From positions 29,626-93,625 of the forward strand of contig JBHGAY010000006.1 of the NCBI GenBank assembly GCA_041946735.1: 64,000 nucleotides of DNA, in the 5' to 3' direction. This stretch comes from Candidatus Eiseniibacteriota bacterium (GTDB taxonomy: Bacteria; Eisenbacteria; RBG-16-71-46; CAIMUX01; VGJL01). Numbering within the stretch: the stretch's first letter is position 1; every line of letters starts with the position of its first letter. The notes beneath the pieces were generated by a model. It had not been told where the DNA came from, did no database searches, and saw nothing but the letters and a program-made list of their open reading frames with translations. The translations under genes were made by a program, and so were the position numbers. This document shows, piece after piece, positions 57,142 through 64,000 of the stretch.

Positions 57142-57618
57142 TCAAGCCGCCTGGAGAACCAGGAACAGCTGCCAGCCGACGACGCCGAGGAACAGCAGGT
57201 AGAGCGCCACGAGCCCATGTCGCGCGTAGGGGAACTTCGTGTGGAGCCCGAGGAAGACGAGCCCCAACGCGGAGATGGCCAGCTTCACCCCGACGAACAG
57301 ACCGTCGCTCCTCTTCAGCAACCAGTCCATGACCGGGTTGAGCTCCGTGCCTCCCCGCTGGACGTGCGAGAGGGTCATGGCGCAGTCCAGGATCTGGAAG
57401 AAGAAGATCGAGGCGAGGAGCAGGAGAAGCATCCGGTCCGGGCGGTCCACATAGCAGGCGGACGGGTCGGACGCCCGGCGTGGGCCGCGGCGCCGGCCTC
57501 CCCACAGGAGGTAACGGCTGACCACGGGGGTGGGACGGCGGCGGCGGTCGGATGTTTTGCGGCGTTGCGGTGTCATATGTCGACGCCAATTGTAACCAAC
57601 GCGACCGACGAGTGACAA
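57142..57618 (-). CDS. Small membrane protein, DUF5658-like, with an Arg-rich N-terminal extension
   Basis: TM helices around GGTELNPVMDWLL. The N-terminus has RRKTSDRRRRPTP...GGRRRGPRR. The start is uncertain: 57618 or ATG 57576. Confidence 0.5.
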   Translation of the reverse strand: MSLVGRVGYNWRRHMTPQRRKTSDRRRRPTPVVSRYLLWGGRRRGPRRASDPSACYVDRPDRMLLLLLASIFFFQILDCAMTLSHVQRGGTELNPVMDWLLKRSDGLFVGVKLAISALGLVFLGLHTKFPYARHGLVALYLLFLGVVGWQLFLVLQAA

Positions 57619-57623
57619 GCTTC

Positions 57624-58415
57624 ATGGACACATTTCCCTTCCTCGACGTCGAAGTGGACCGTTTCGGCTACGACGGGACGGAGGTTTTGCGTGACGTGCG
57701 CCTCCGATTCGACCGGCCGGGTCTTGCCGCGCTGCTTGGGCCGAACGGATCGGGGAAATCGACCCTCCTTCGGATCGCCGCCGGTCTGGCGCGCGAACCC
57801 GGATGCCGGGTCAGGATCCACGGGAAGGACCTGACGAGAATGGGCGCGAGAGAGGCGGCGGCGCTCGTCGCGTGGGTTCCCCAGCGCGCGGAGGCGGTGT
57901 TCGCCATGTCGGTCCGCGAGATGGTCCGAGTCGGGCGCTTCCGCGCGCACGGCGTCGGTCCGGCGCGAGGAGCGGCAGGGGAGGAGGAGCGAATCGAAGC
58001 GGCGCTCGAATCGGTCGGGATGCTCGATCTCGCCCATCGCGACGTGGACACGCTGAGCGGCGGGGAGTGGCAACGGGCGCTGATCGCGCGCGCCGTCGCG
58101 CAGGACACGCCGGTGATGCTCTTGGACGAGCCGGTCGCGAGCCTCGACTTGCGCTACCAGGACGAGATCTACCAGCTCCTGCGCGCGCTCGCCTCCCAGG
58201 GGCGGGCGATCCTCGTCGCCGACCACCACATCGACCTGGCCGCCTGCTACTGCGACCGGCTGTTGCTCCTTCGCGAAGGACGGATCGACGCGGATGGCCC
58301 GCCTTCGGTGCTGCAGGAGGAGACGATCGCGCGAGTCTTCGGAATCCGGACGGCGGTCTTTCCCGATCCGGTGACCGGAACGCCACGCGTCAGCCGCCCG
58401 CGGGGGCGGACGTGA
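57624..58415 (+). CDS. ABC transporter ATPase (FecE/BtuD type)
   Basis: Walker A GPNGSGKST, signature LSGGEWQR and Walker B MLLDEPVASLD. Confidence 0.9.
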   Translation: MDTFPFLDVEVDRFGYDGTEVLRDVRLRFDRPGLAALLGPNGSGKSTLLRIAAGLAREPGCRVRIHGKDLTRMGAREAAALVAWVPQRAEAVFAMSVREMVRVGRFRAHGVGPARGAAGEEERIEAALESVGMLDLAHRDVDTLSGGEWQRALIARAVAQDTPVMLLDEPVASLDLRYQDEIYQLLRALASQGRAILVADHHIDLAACYCDRLLLLREGRIDADGPPSVLQEETIARVFGIRTAVFPDPVTGTPRVSRPRGRT

Positions 58416-59413
58416 GGTCGCGCTTCCTCCCGGCTGCGCCGGCCGCCGCTCGGCCGCTCGCGTTCACGCTCGCGCTCGCGTTCGCACTCGCGCTCGGGAT
58501 TGCATGGGCGAGCGAGCCCGTTCTCGCACAAGCTCCGGCCGCTGCCCCGTCCTCCGACAGCGGCCGGGAGGCGATCGACGCCTTTGGGCAGCGCTTCTCG
58601 ATCGGGGAGCCCCCGACCCGAATCGTCTCCCTCTCGCCCAGCCTGACCGAGGCGCTCTTCGCGATCGGCGTGCCCGCCCAGCGGATCGTGGGAGTCACCC
58701 GCTTCTGCGACTTCCCGGAGGAGGCTCGCTCGATCGAGAAGGTCGGGGGAATCGTCGATCCTTCGATCGAGACGATCCTCTCCCTCCATCCCGACCTCGT
58801 CCTCGTCACGCGCGGCAATCCGATGCCGGTGATCGACCGCTTGCGAGCGGCGGGCCTGCCCGTCTTCGCCATCGACGCCGAAGGGGGACTCGACCAGGTG
58901 CTGCAGTCGATGCGGACGTTGATCCGCGTGGCCCAGCCGTCCGACCCCCAGGCGGCGGGGGAGGCGGTGGAAAGGCTGGCGGGGGAGGCGGAGAGGCTAC
59001 GTGCCCGGTCGGCTCGTTACGCGACGTCCGACCGTCCCACCGTCTATTACTACGATCCGGTCTCCCCCGAATGGACTTCGGGGCCGGGGACGCACGTCAG
59101 CGAGGCGATCGCTCTGGCGGGCGGGCGCAACCTCGCCGACGATGCGGACACCGCCTGGCCGCGCTACAGCCTGGAGCGAATCGTCGCCCATCCGCCGGAC
59201 CGCCTGCTGATCGCAGCTCCTCCGGCCGATCCGGACGGCGAGGAGGCGTTGCGGCGGCTGCGGCAGGCGCCCGGGTGGCGGGAGATCCCCGCGGTGCGCG
59301 ACGGCAACGTCTGTGTCGTGCCGGCCGATTGGCTCATGCGGCCGGGCCCTCGGGTGGTGCGAGCGGTCCAGGCGCTCGCCGAGTGCCTCCATCCGGACGA
59401 CGAGAGCGAATGA
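58412..59413 (+). CDS. Periplasmic substrate-binding protein, Fe-siderophore/cobalamin (BtuF-like) class
   Basis: Its GTG start overlaps the ATPase stop. Signal peptide, then RIVSLSPSLTEALFAIG...VGVTRFCDFPEE...PDLVLV, typical of the class III SBP fold. Confidence 0.85.
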   Translation: MRSRFLPAAPAAARPLAFTLALAFALALGIAWASEPVLAQAPAAAPSSDSGREAIDAFGQRFSIGEPPTRIVSLSPSLTEALFAIGVPAQRIVGVTRFCDFPEEARSIEKVGGIVDPSIETILSLHPDLVLVTRGNPMPVIDRLRAAGLPVFAIDAEGGLDQVLQSMRTLIRVAQPSDPQAAGEAVERLAGEAERLRARSARYATSDRPTVYYYDPVSPEWTSGPGTHVSEAIALAGGRNLADDADTAWPRYSLERIVAHPPDRLLIAAPPADPDGEEALRRLRQAPGWREIPAVRDGNVCVVPADWLMRPGPRVVRAVQALAECLHPDDESE

Positions 59414-59441
59414 CGGCGGGAGCGCGGGGCGAGGCCGGGCG

Positions 59442-60533
59442 ATGAGAAGGACGGTCGGGCTTCTGCTGCTCGCCCTCGCCGGCGCCTTCCTCGCCTCTCT
59501 CCTCTTCGGACCGGCGAACGTTCCACCGTCCCGCATCCTCGCCGGCCTTCTCGATCCGGGCCGTCCCGAGTCGGAAACCGCGCGCATCCTCGTCCGCGAC
59601 CTGCGCCTTCCGAGGGCGATCGCCGCAGTGTTGAGCGGCGCGGCGCTCGCGATCAGCGGAGCCTTGCTTCAGTCCTACTTCGCGAACCCCATGGCGGGGC
59701 CCTACGTGACCGGAGTCTCGAGCGGCGCGGGGCTCGCAGTCGCCGTGGTCGCCGTCGTCGCCGGCTCCGGCGGACCACCGTCCTGGGCGACGCCGGCCGC
59801 CGCGCTCGCGGGCGCGCTCCTCCTCGTCTCGCTCGTCGCCTTCGCCGCGTCGCGCAGCCGGTCGAGCCGCACGGAGACGCTCCTGCTGATCGGCCTGGCC
59901 GTCGCCTCGATCGGCTCCGCGCTGATGTCGATCCTCCTGCTCCATCTTCCGCGGGGCCCGGAGGGGGTGCTCTTCTGGTTGATGGGGAGCCTCGCGAGCA
60001 GCACCGGCGCGGGGAACGCGCTCCTCGCCATCGCCCTGGGCGTCGGCCTGCTCGCCGGCCTCTGGCACGCGCGCGCTCTCGATGCGATCCTCTGGGGCGA
60101 CGAGACGGCGAGGAGCGTCGGCGTCGAGGTCCGGCGCACCCGCGCCCTCGCGCTGATCGCCGCCACGATCCTCGCCGCCGCGTCTGTCGCGACGTGCGGC
60201 GTGATCGGCTTCCTCGGGCTGATGGCGCCGCACATCGCCCGCGGCCTGGTCGGACCGGGGCACGGCCGCTTGCTCCCCGCGTCCGCGCTCGTTGGAGCCG
60301 TCACGTTGCTCCTCGCCGATCTGGGCGCCCGCCTGCTGCTCGCGCCGGCGGAGCTTCCGGTCGGCGCGATCACGTCGGCGGTCGGCGCGCCGTTTCTGAT
60401 CTGGATCTCCCTACGAAGGAGGGGAAGTTGGGACTCTTCGGCTGGAACGCGGAGAAGAAGCTCGCCAAAGCGAACGAGCACCTCGAGCGAGGCTCCTACT
60501 ACGAAGCGCGCCTCGGCTTCGAGGAGATCCTGA
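59442..60533 (+). CDS. ABC transporter permease (FecCD/BtuC family)
   Basis: Ten-TM FecCD pattern, with the GAPFLIW...LRRR family end near 60420. The frame then reads on for about 35 Arg/Ser-rich codons into the next gene. Confidence 0.9.
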   Translation: MRRTVGLLLLALAGAFLASLLFGPANVPPSRILAGLLDPGRPESETARILVRDLRLPRAIAAVLSGAALAISGALLQSYFANPMAGPYVTGVSSGAGLAVAVVAVVAGSGGPPSWATPAAALAGALLLVSLVAFAASRSRSSRTETLLLIGLAVASIGSALMSILLLHLPRGPEGVLFWLMGSLASSTGAGNALLAIALGVGLLAGLWHARALDAILWGDETARSVGVEVRRTRALALIAATILAAASVATCGVIGFLGLMAPHIARGLVGPGHGRLLPASALVGAVTLLLADLGARLLLAPAELPVGAITSAVGAPFLIWISLRRRGSWDSSAGTRRRSSPKRTSTSSEAPTTKRASASRRS

Positions 60534-61834
60534 CGCGCGACGGCGTTGCCGAGTCGCTCCGGTCGATCGCCAGGGAGGGATGGAAGAAGGCGCGGGCGGC
60601 CATGCGCGACGAGATGCTCGTGGAGGTGCGCCGGCTTCTTTCCGCCGGGGACTACGAAGCCGCCGAGGAAGGCTGCGCGACGGCGCTCGAGCTGGCCGGC
60701 GAGGACCTGGACGCGACCGACGCGCGCGCGTTGCAGGCGCAGGTCAAGGCCGCGGCGCGCGCCGCGAAGAGCGGAGGCGCTCTCGCGTTCGAGGCGGCCC
60801 GGCCGGCGCCCGCGGGAGACTCGCGAGCGGAGCGCAGCGCCAGGACCGGCGGCGCCGGCCGCGGGAGCGCGACCGCCGGCGCGGCGGAGGACGCGTCCGC
60901 AGACTCGACCGAACGTGCGCCGGAAGACGCCGCCGGGGAGGACGCCGCGGGCGAAAGCGCGACCGATGGCGAGCCCCCGTACGACGGCGAGGCTCTCGAG
61001 GGAACGCCGGAGGAGGTGTTCGAGGCGCTCCTGCAGGCGCTGCCCGAGGAGCAGGCGGAGGCGTACCGCGGGTTCGGCCCTGCCTTCCTGCGCGGCTACC
61101 TCCTCGTGCAGGAAGGACGCGGCGAAGAGGCGATCGCGGCGTATGGCGAGGCGCCCGGCGAGACGCGCGCACATCCGCTCTTCCGGCTCGAGACGGCTCA
61201 GGCGCTTCTGATCGCCGGCCGCGACGAGGAAGCGCTGAGCGAGATCGAAGGGCTCGAGTTCCCCAAGGCGATCGACCGGCAGCGGGGAATCCTCTTGATG
61301 GGGCTCTACGACCGGGTCGGAAGGCGCGAGGAGGCGGAGGTCGAAGCGCGCAAGATCTGGGAGGAGATGTCGAAGGACCAGGTCGGATCGATCCTCTATT
61401 GCGAGATCCTCCTCGAGCACGAGAAGTACACTGAGGCGCTCGAAGTGATCGACCCGCACGTCGACGAGAACCGGGTGCAGCCCGACGTGGACGTCCTCGC
61501 GGCGCGCGCCCACGGCGGCCTCGGCGAGATCGACGAAGCGCGGGGCCTCCTCGAGAGGATCGTCGAGTCGTACTTCCAGGGGCCGGTTCCCGGAGCGCGC
61601 CGGCAGGCGTTCCCCATCGCCGCGGCTCGCGAGCTGCTTCTGCTCTACATCGCGGTCGGGGAGGATCCGAAGCGCGTGCGCGCGATCGCCCAGCACCTCG
61701 CCCGCGAAGATCCGGGATCGGCCGCCACGTACCGGGAGAGGGTCGAGGAGTACGAGCAGCAGCAGCACGAACGGCACGAGCGCGAGCGCGCGGAGCCGGA
61801 GGAGGAGCGCGGCCAGGAGCAGGAGCGGGGATAG
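60428..61834 (+). CDS. TPR-like helical repeat protein with an acidic/Ala-rich central region, function unknown
   Basis: TTG start 5 nt after AGGAGG. The N-terminus GLFGWNAEKKLAKANEHLERGSYYEARLGFEEIL has protein-like composition. C-terminal repeats EALSEIEGL...EALEVIDPH. Confidence 0.6.
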   Translation: MGLFGWNAEKKLAKANEHLERGSYYEARLGFEEILTRDGVAESLRSIAREGWKKARAAMRDEMLVEVRRLLSAGDYEAAEEGCATALELAGEDLDATDARALQAQVKAAARAAKSGGALAFEAARPAPAGDSRAERSARTGGAGRGSATAGAAEDASADSTERAPEDAAGEDAAGESATDGEPPYDGEALEGTPEEVFEALLQALPEEQAEAYRGFGPAFLRGYLLVQEGRGEEAIAAYGEAPGETRAHPLFRLETAQALLIAGRDEEALSEIEGLEFPKAIDRQRGILLMGLYDRVGRREEAEVEARKIWEEMSKDQVGSILYCEILLEHEKYTEALEVIDPHVDENRVQPDVDVLAARAHGGLGEIDEARGLLERIVESYFQGPVPGARRQAFPIAAARELLLLYIAVGEDPKRVRAIAQHLAREDPGSAATYRERVEEYEQQQHERHERERAEPEEERGQEQERG

Positions 61835-61845
61835 AGGGCGAGGGC

Positions 61846-61870
61846 GCCGGGCGGCGGCTTGCCGCCCGGC
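61846..61870. terminator. Perfect 10-bp GC hairpin (GCCGGGCGGC/GCCGCCCGGC) between convergent genes
   Basis: Read directly. It could act as a bidirectional terminator for the TPR gene and sppA. Confidence 0.45.
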
Positions 61871-61885
61871 GATCCCGAGAACCGC

Positions 61886-63646
61886 TCAGCGATCCCGATA
61901 GGAGTTCGGGTCGATCGCCCAGGCGCCTTCGCCCATTCGAGGGGCGAAGGCGTTTCGCACGAGCGAGACGAAGGCCGCCGCGAAGCCGCCGCTCCGCAGC
62001 GTCTCGAAGAATCCCTCCGGCCGCGGATAGTGCAGGAACTTCACCTCCTGCTCCGCAGGAATGCCGGCTCGCTGCTTCGCGAGCGTGACCGCGTCGTCGA
62101 ACGTCCCCACGCGGTCGATGAGATGGCGCTCCAGAGCCTGCTCGCCCGTCCACACCCTCCCTCGACCCACGCTGTCGACGTCCGCGGGGGAGAGGCCGCG
62201 CTCGCGGGCGACGTCCTCGACCCATTCCCAGTAGTCGGCGAAGTGCCGCTGCGTGAACGATTCCCACTGCTCCGGCGTGTAGTCGAAGTAGTCGGAGTCG
62301 AAGAGCGCGTTCGGCCCCCGCGTCACGAAGTCCTTCGTGATGCCGAGCTTCTCGTAGAGACCCCGCAGATTCATCTTTCCGGAGATCGACCCGATCGAGC
62401 CGACGACGCTCAAGCGGTTCGCGACCAAGGTGCTGCACGGGTAGGAGATCATGTACGCGCCCGAAGCCGCGACGTCCGACATCGAGACGACGACCGGCTT
62501 CACGCGCTGCGCCCGATCCGCGACATGCCCGATCTTCCACGAAGTGCTGCTCTCCCCGCCCCCGCTGTCGACCCGGAAGACGATCGCTTTCACGTCGTCG
62601 TTCTCGACCGCCTGGCGGAACGCCTGCTCCATGGTGCCCGACCCCATCGTCATCCCGAAGGGGACGACGTAGCCGCTCTTCTCCCCGCCGATCAGCCCTT
62701 GGGCGTGCACCACGGCGATCGTCTTCTTGCCGTCGATCCCCGCGTCTCTGCGCGAGACCTTCGCGTACTCCTCGCCGCGGATCATGCGGGGACGGGCCGG
62801 CCACCCGTCCTTCCCCCGCTTCTCCTTCGCCATCCGGACGCCGTGGAGCTTCGCGATCGACGACTCGACCTGATCCCAGTAGACGAGGCGGTCGACGAGC
62901 CCCGATTCGAGCGCCTCGCGCGGGGTGAGCACCCCTTGCGAGAAGATCCGCGTCTCGAGCGTGCCGGGATCGAGTCGTCGCGCCCCCTCGACCGCGTCGA
63001 GGAAGTTGCGATAGAAGGCGTCGATCATCCAATCGGCGTTCGCCCTCGACTCGGGCGACATCGTCGTGCGCGTGAGCATCTCGGCCGCCGACTTGTACTT
63101 TCCGATGCGATCGATGTCCGGCTTGACCCCGATCTTTTCCAGCGTGCCGGCCAGGAACGGCCGCTCGGAGGCGAACCCGTGGAGCGACACGTATCCGTTG
63201 CGCATCAGCAGGATGCTGTCGCAGGCGCACGCGAGGTAGAGGTCATGGCTCCCGAGGCTCTCGAGGTAGGCCCAGACCGGCTTCCTCGCCTCCCGTAGCT
63301 GGCGGATCCGCTCCCGGATCTCGTCCATCTTCGCCCAGCCGATCCCCGGCGCGCCGATGCGCAGGACGACGGCGCGGATCCTCTCGTCGTGCCGCGCCTT
63401 CTCCAGGTTCTCGAGGAGGGCGGTGTGCGAGGGCGCCTGCCCGCCGGGAAATGGGAAGGTCGAAGGAGGCTGGTACTCGGGAATCGGCCCGTCGATCTCC
63501 TGCACGAGGACGGAGCCTGCCTTCAGCTGAGGGACGTCGCTCTTCGCTTTGACCGCGACCAGGAAGGCGAGGAAGGCGACGACCAGGCCGAAGAGCAACG
63601 CGTCGGCGACGAGCACGGCGAGGATCGTTCGAAGGAACGCTTTCAT
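61886..63646 (-). CDS. sppA: Signal peptide peptidase SppA, 67K (two-domain) type
   Basis: N-terminal TM and duplicated S49 domains, with SMSDVAASGAYMIS and GSIGSISG. GGAGG before ATG 63646. Confidence 0.9.
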   Translation of the reverse strand: MKAFLRTILAVLVADALLFGLVVAFLAFLVAVKAKSDVPQLKAGSVLVQEIDGPIPEYQPPSTFPFPGGQAPSHTALLENLEKARHDERIRAVVLRIGAPGIGWAKMDEIRERIRQLREARKPVWAYLESLGSHDLYLACACDSILLMRNGYVSLHGFASERPFLAGTLEKIGVKPDIDRIGKYKSAAEMLTRTTMSPESRANADWMIDAFYRNFLDAVEGARRLDPGTLETRIFSQGVLTPREALESGLVDRLVYWDQVESSIAKLHGVRMAKEKRGKDGWPARPRMIRGEEYAKVSRRDAGIDGKKTIAVVHAQGLIGGEKSGYVVPFGMTMGSGTMEQAFRQAVENDDVKAIVFRVDSGGGESSTSWKIGHVADRAQRVKPVVVSMSDVAASGAYMISYPCSTLVANRLSVVGSIGSISGKMNLRGLYEKLGITKDFVTRGPNALFDSDYFDYTPEQWESFTQRHFADYWEWVEDVARERGLSPADVDSVGRGRVWTGEQALERHLIDRVGTFDDAVTLAKQRAGIPAEQEVKFLHYPRPEGFFETLRSGGFAAAFVSLVRNAFAPRMGEGAWAIDPNSYRDR

Positions 63647-63681
63647 GCGGGACCTCCAGGACCCGCGCCGTCCGCGCAGGA

Positions 63682-64000
63682 TCAGCCTGCGGCGTTCGGG
63701 CGGATGCGCGGAACGATAGCACCGGCCTGGCTCGCGGTCCTTCCCGGTCGTCCCGGCCCTCGCTTGCAGATCCAGAGGGTTCGGGGGGCTTCGACCTCGG
63801 CGCGAGGGTACGGATCGATCCGGCGGACCCGGAGGACGATCCACCCGGACTCGCGAAGCGCGCGCTCGACGAGCGGCCGGCGCCAGTTCCGCTCCCGGAT
63901 CGCGATCTCGCGGAGAGTCCAGCCGAAGGAGCGGCGGGCGCGGAAGATCCGGAACCTCAACGTCCCGTAACCGCCGTCTTTCGTGGCGGATGCCAGGGCT
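63682..64000 (-). CDS. Hypothetical protein, 3' part only (frame open to the window edge)
   Basis: The minus-strand frame stays open from 64000. I recognise no family. The composition of the last 35 codons is shadow-like. Confidence 0.25.
   Translation of the reverse strand, partial: ALASATKDGGYGTLRFRIFRARRSFGWTLREIAIRERNWRRPLVERALRESGWIVLRVRRIDPYPRAEVEAPRTLWICKRGPGRPGRTASQAGAIVPRIRPNAAG

Noticed and set aside
59702-63230. 691-aa and 828-aa minus-strand ORFs over the permease/TPR/sppA region
   Set aside because: Extremely Arg/Pro-rich products that overlap well-supported genes on both strands.

Overview
High-GC (by eye about 68-70%) bacterial chromosome segment centred on the replication origin. 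Every gene from about 28.3 to 42.1 kb lies on the minus strand, running from a PLP enzyme gene through bactofilin, parB, parA, rsmG, yidC, yidD, rnpA and rpmH. Every gene from 42.7 to 57.1 kb lies on the plus strand: dnaA, dnaN, a DUF721/DciA-like gene, gyrB, gyrA, rex, ileS and onward. This orientation switch, a perfect DnaA box, an AT-rich patch at 42.3-42.7 kb and two parS sites at 38.6 kb place oriC between rpmH and dnaA. The left third is envelope and accessory content:
- LPS-core-type genes (an O-antigen-ligase-like gene, three GT9 glycosyltransferases, an MsbA-like exporter).
- A divergent second Rex paralog.
- A BNR propeller plus MoaD/ThiS-like pair.
- An archease-RtcB RNA-ligase module.
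- A 1759-aa MalQ-TreY fusion.
- A PEP-CTERM protein next to a redoxin fused to a barrel-like domain.
- PepF, ornithine aminotransferase and an M48 protease.
- An FAD-oxidoreductase plus type III PKS pair.
- A tightly overlapped PLP-enzyme/CDF/CorA/TPR-membrane operon.

The right end carries a TPM/NTase-like/LemA trio, a BtuCDF-type ABC importer, a TPR protein and SppA. I saw no rRNA, tRNA, CRISPR array, transposase or integrase. Nothing here clearly qualifies as a new multi-gene system; the findings are individual oddities. Those most worth checking:
- rnpA has no canonical start codon downstream of rpmH, and its only in-frame start lies 7 nt upstream of the rpmH start.
- The motif YTTTCCACA, a relaxed DnaA box, appears by eye only in intergenic DNA and forms two clusters away from oriC.
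- The parA-parB-M23-bactofilin operon.
- The MalQ-TreY fusion.
- The redoxin/barrel-like fusion next to the PEP-CTERM gene.

Most long ORFs in the six-frame track are antisense or out-of-frame shadows typical of high-GC DNA and were rejected.
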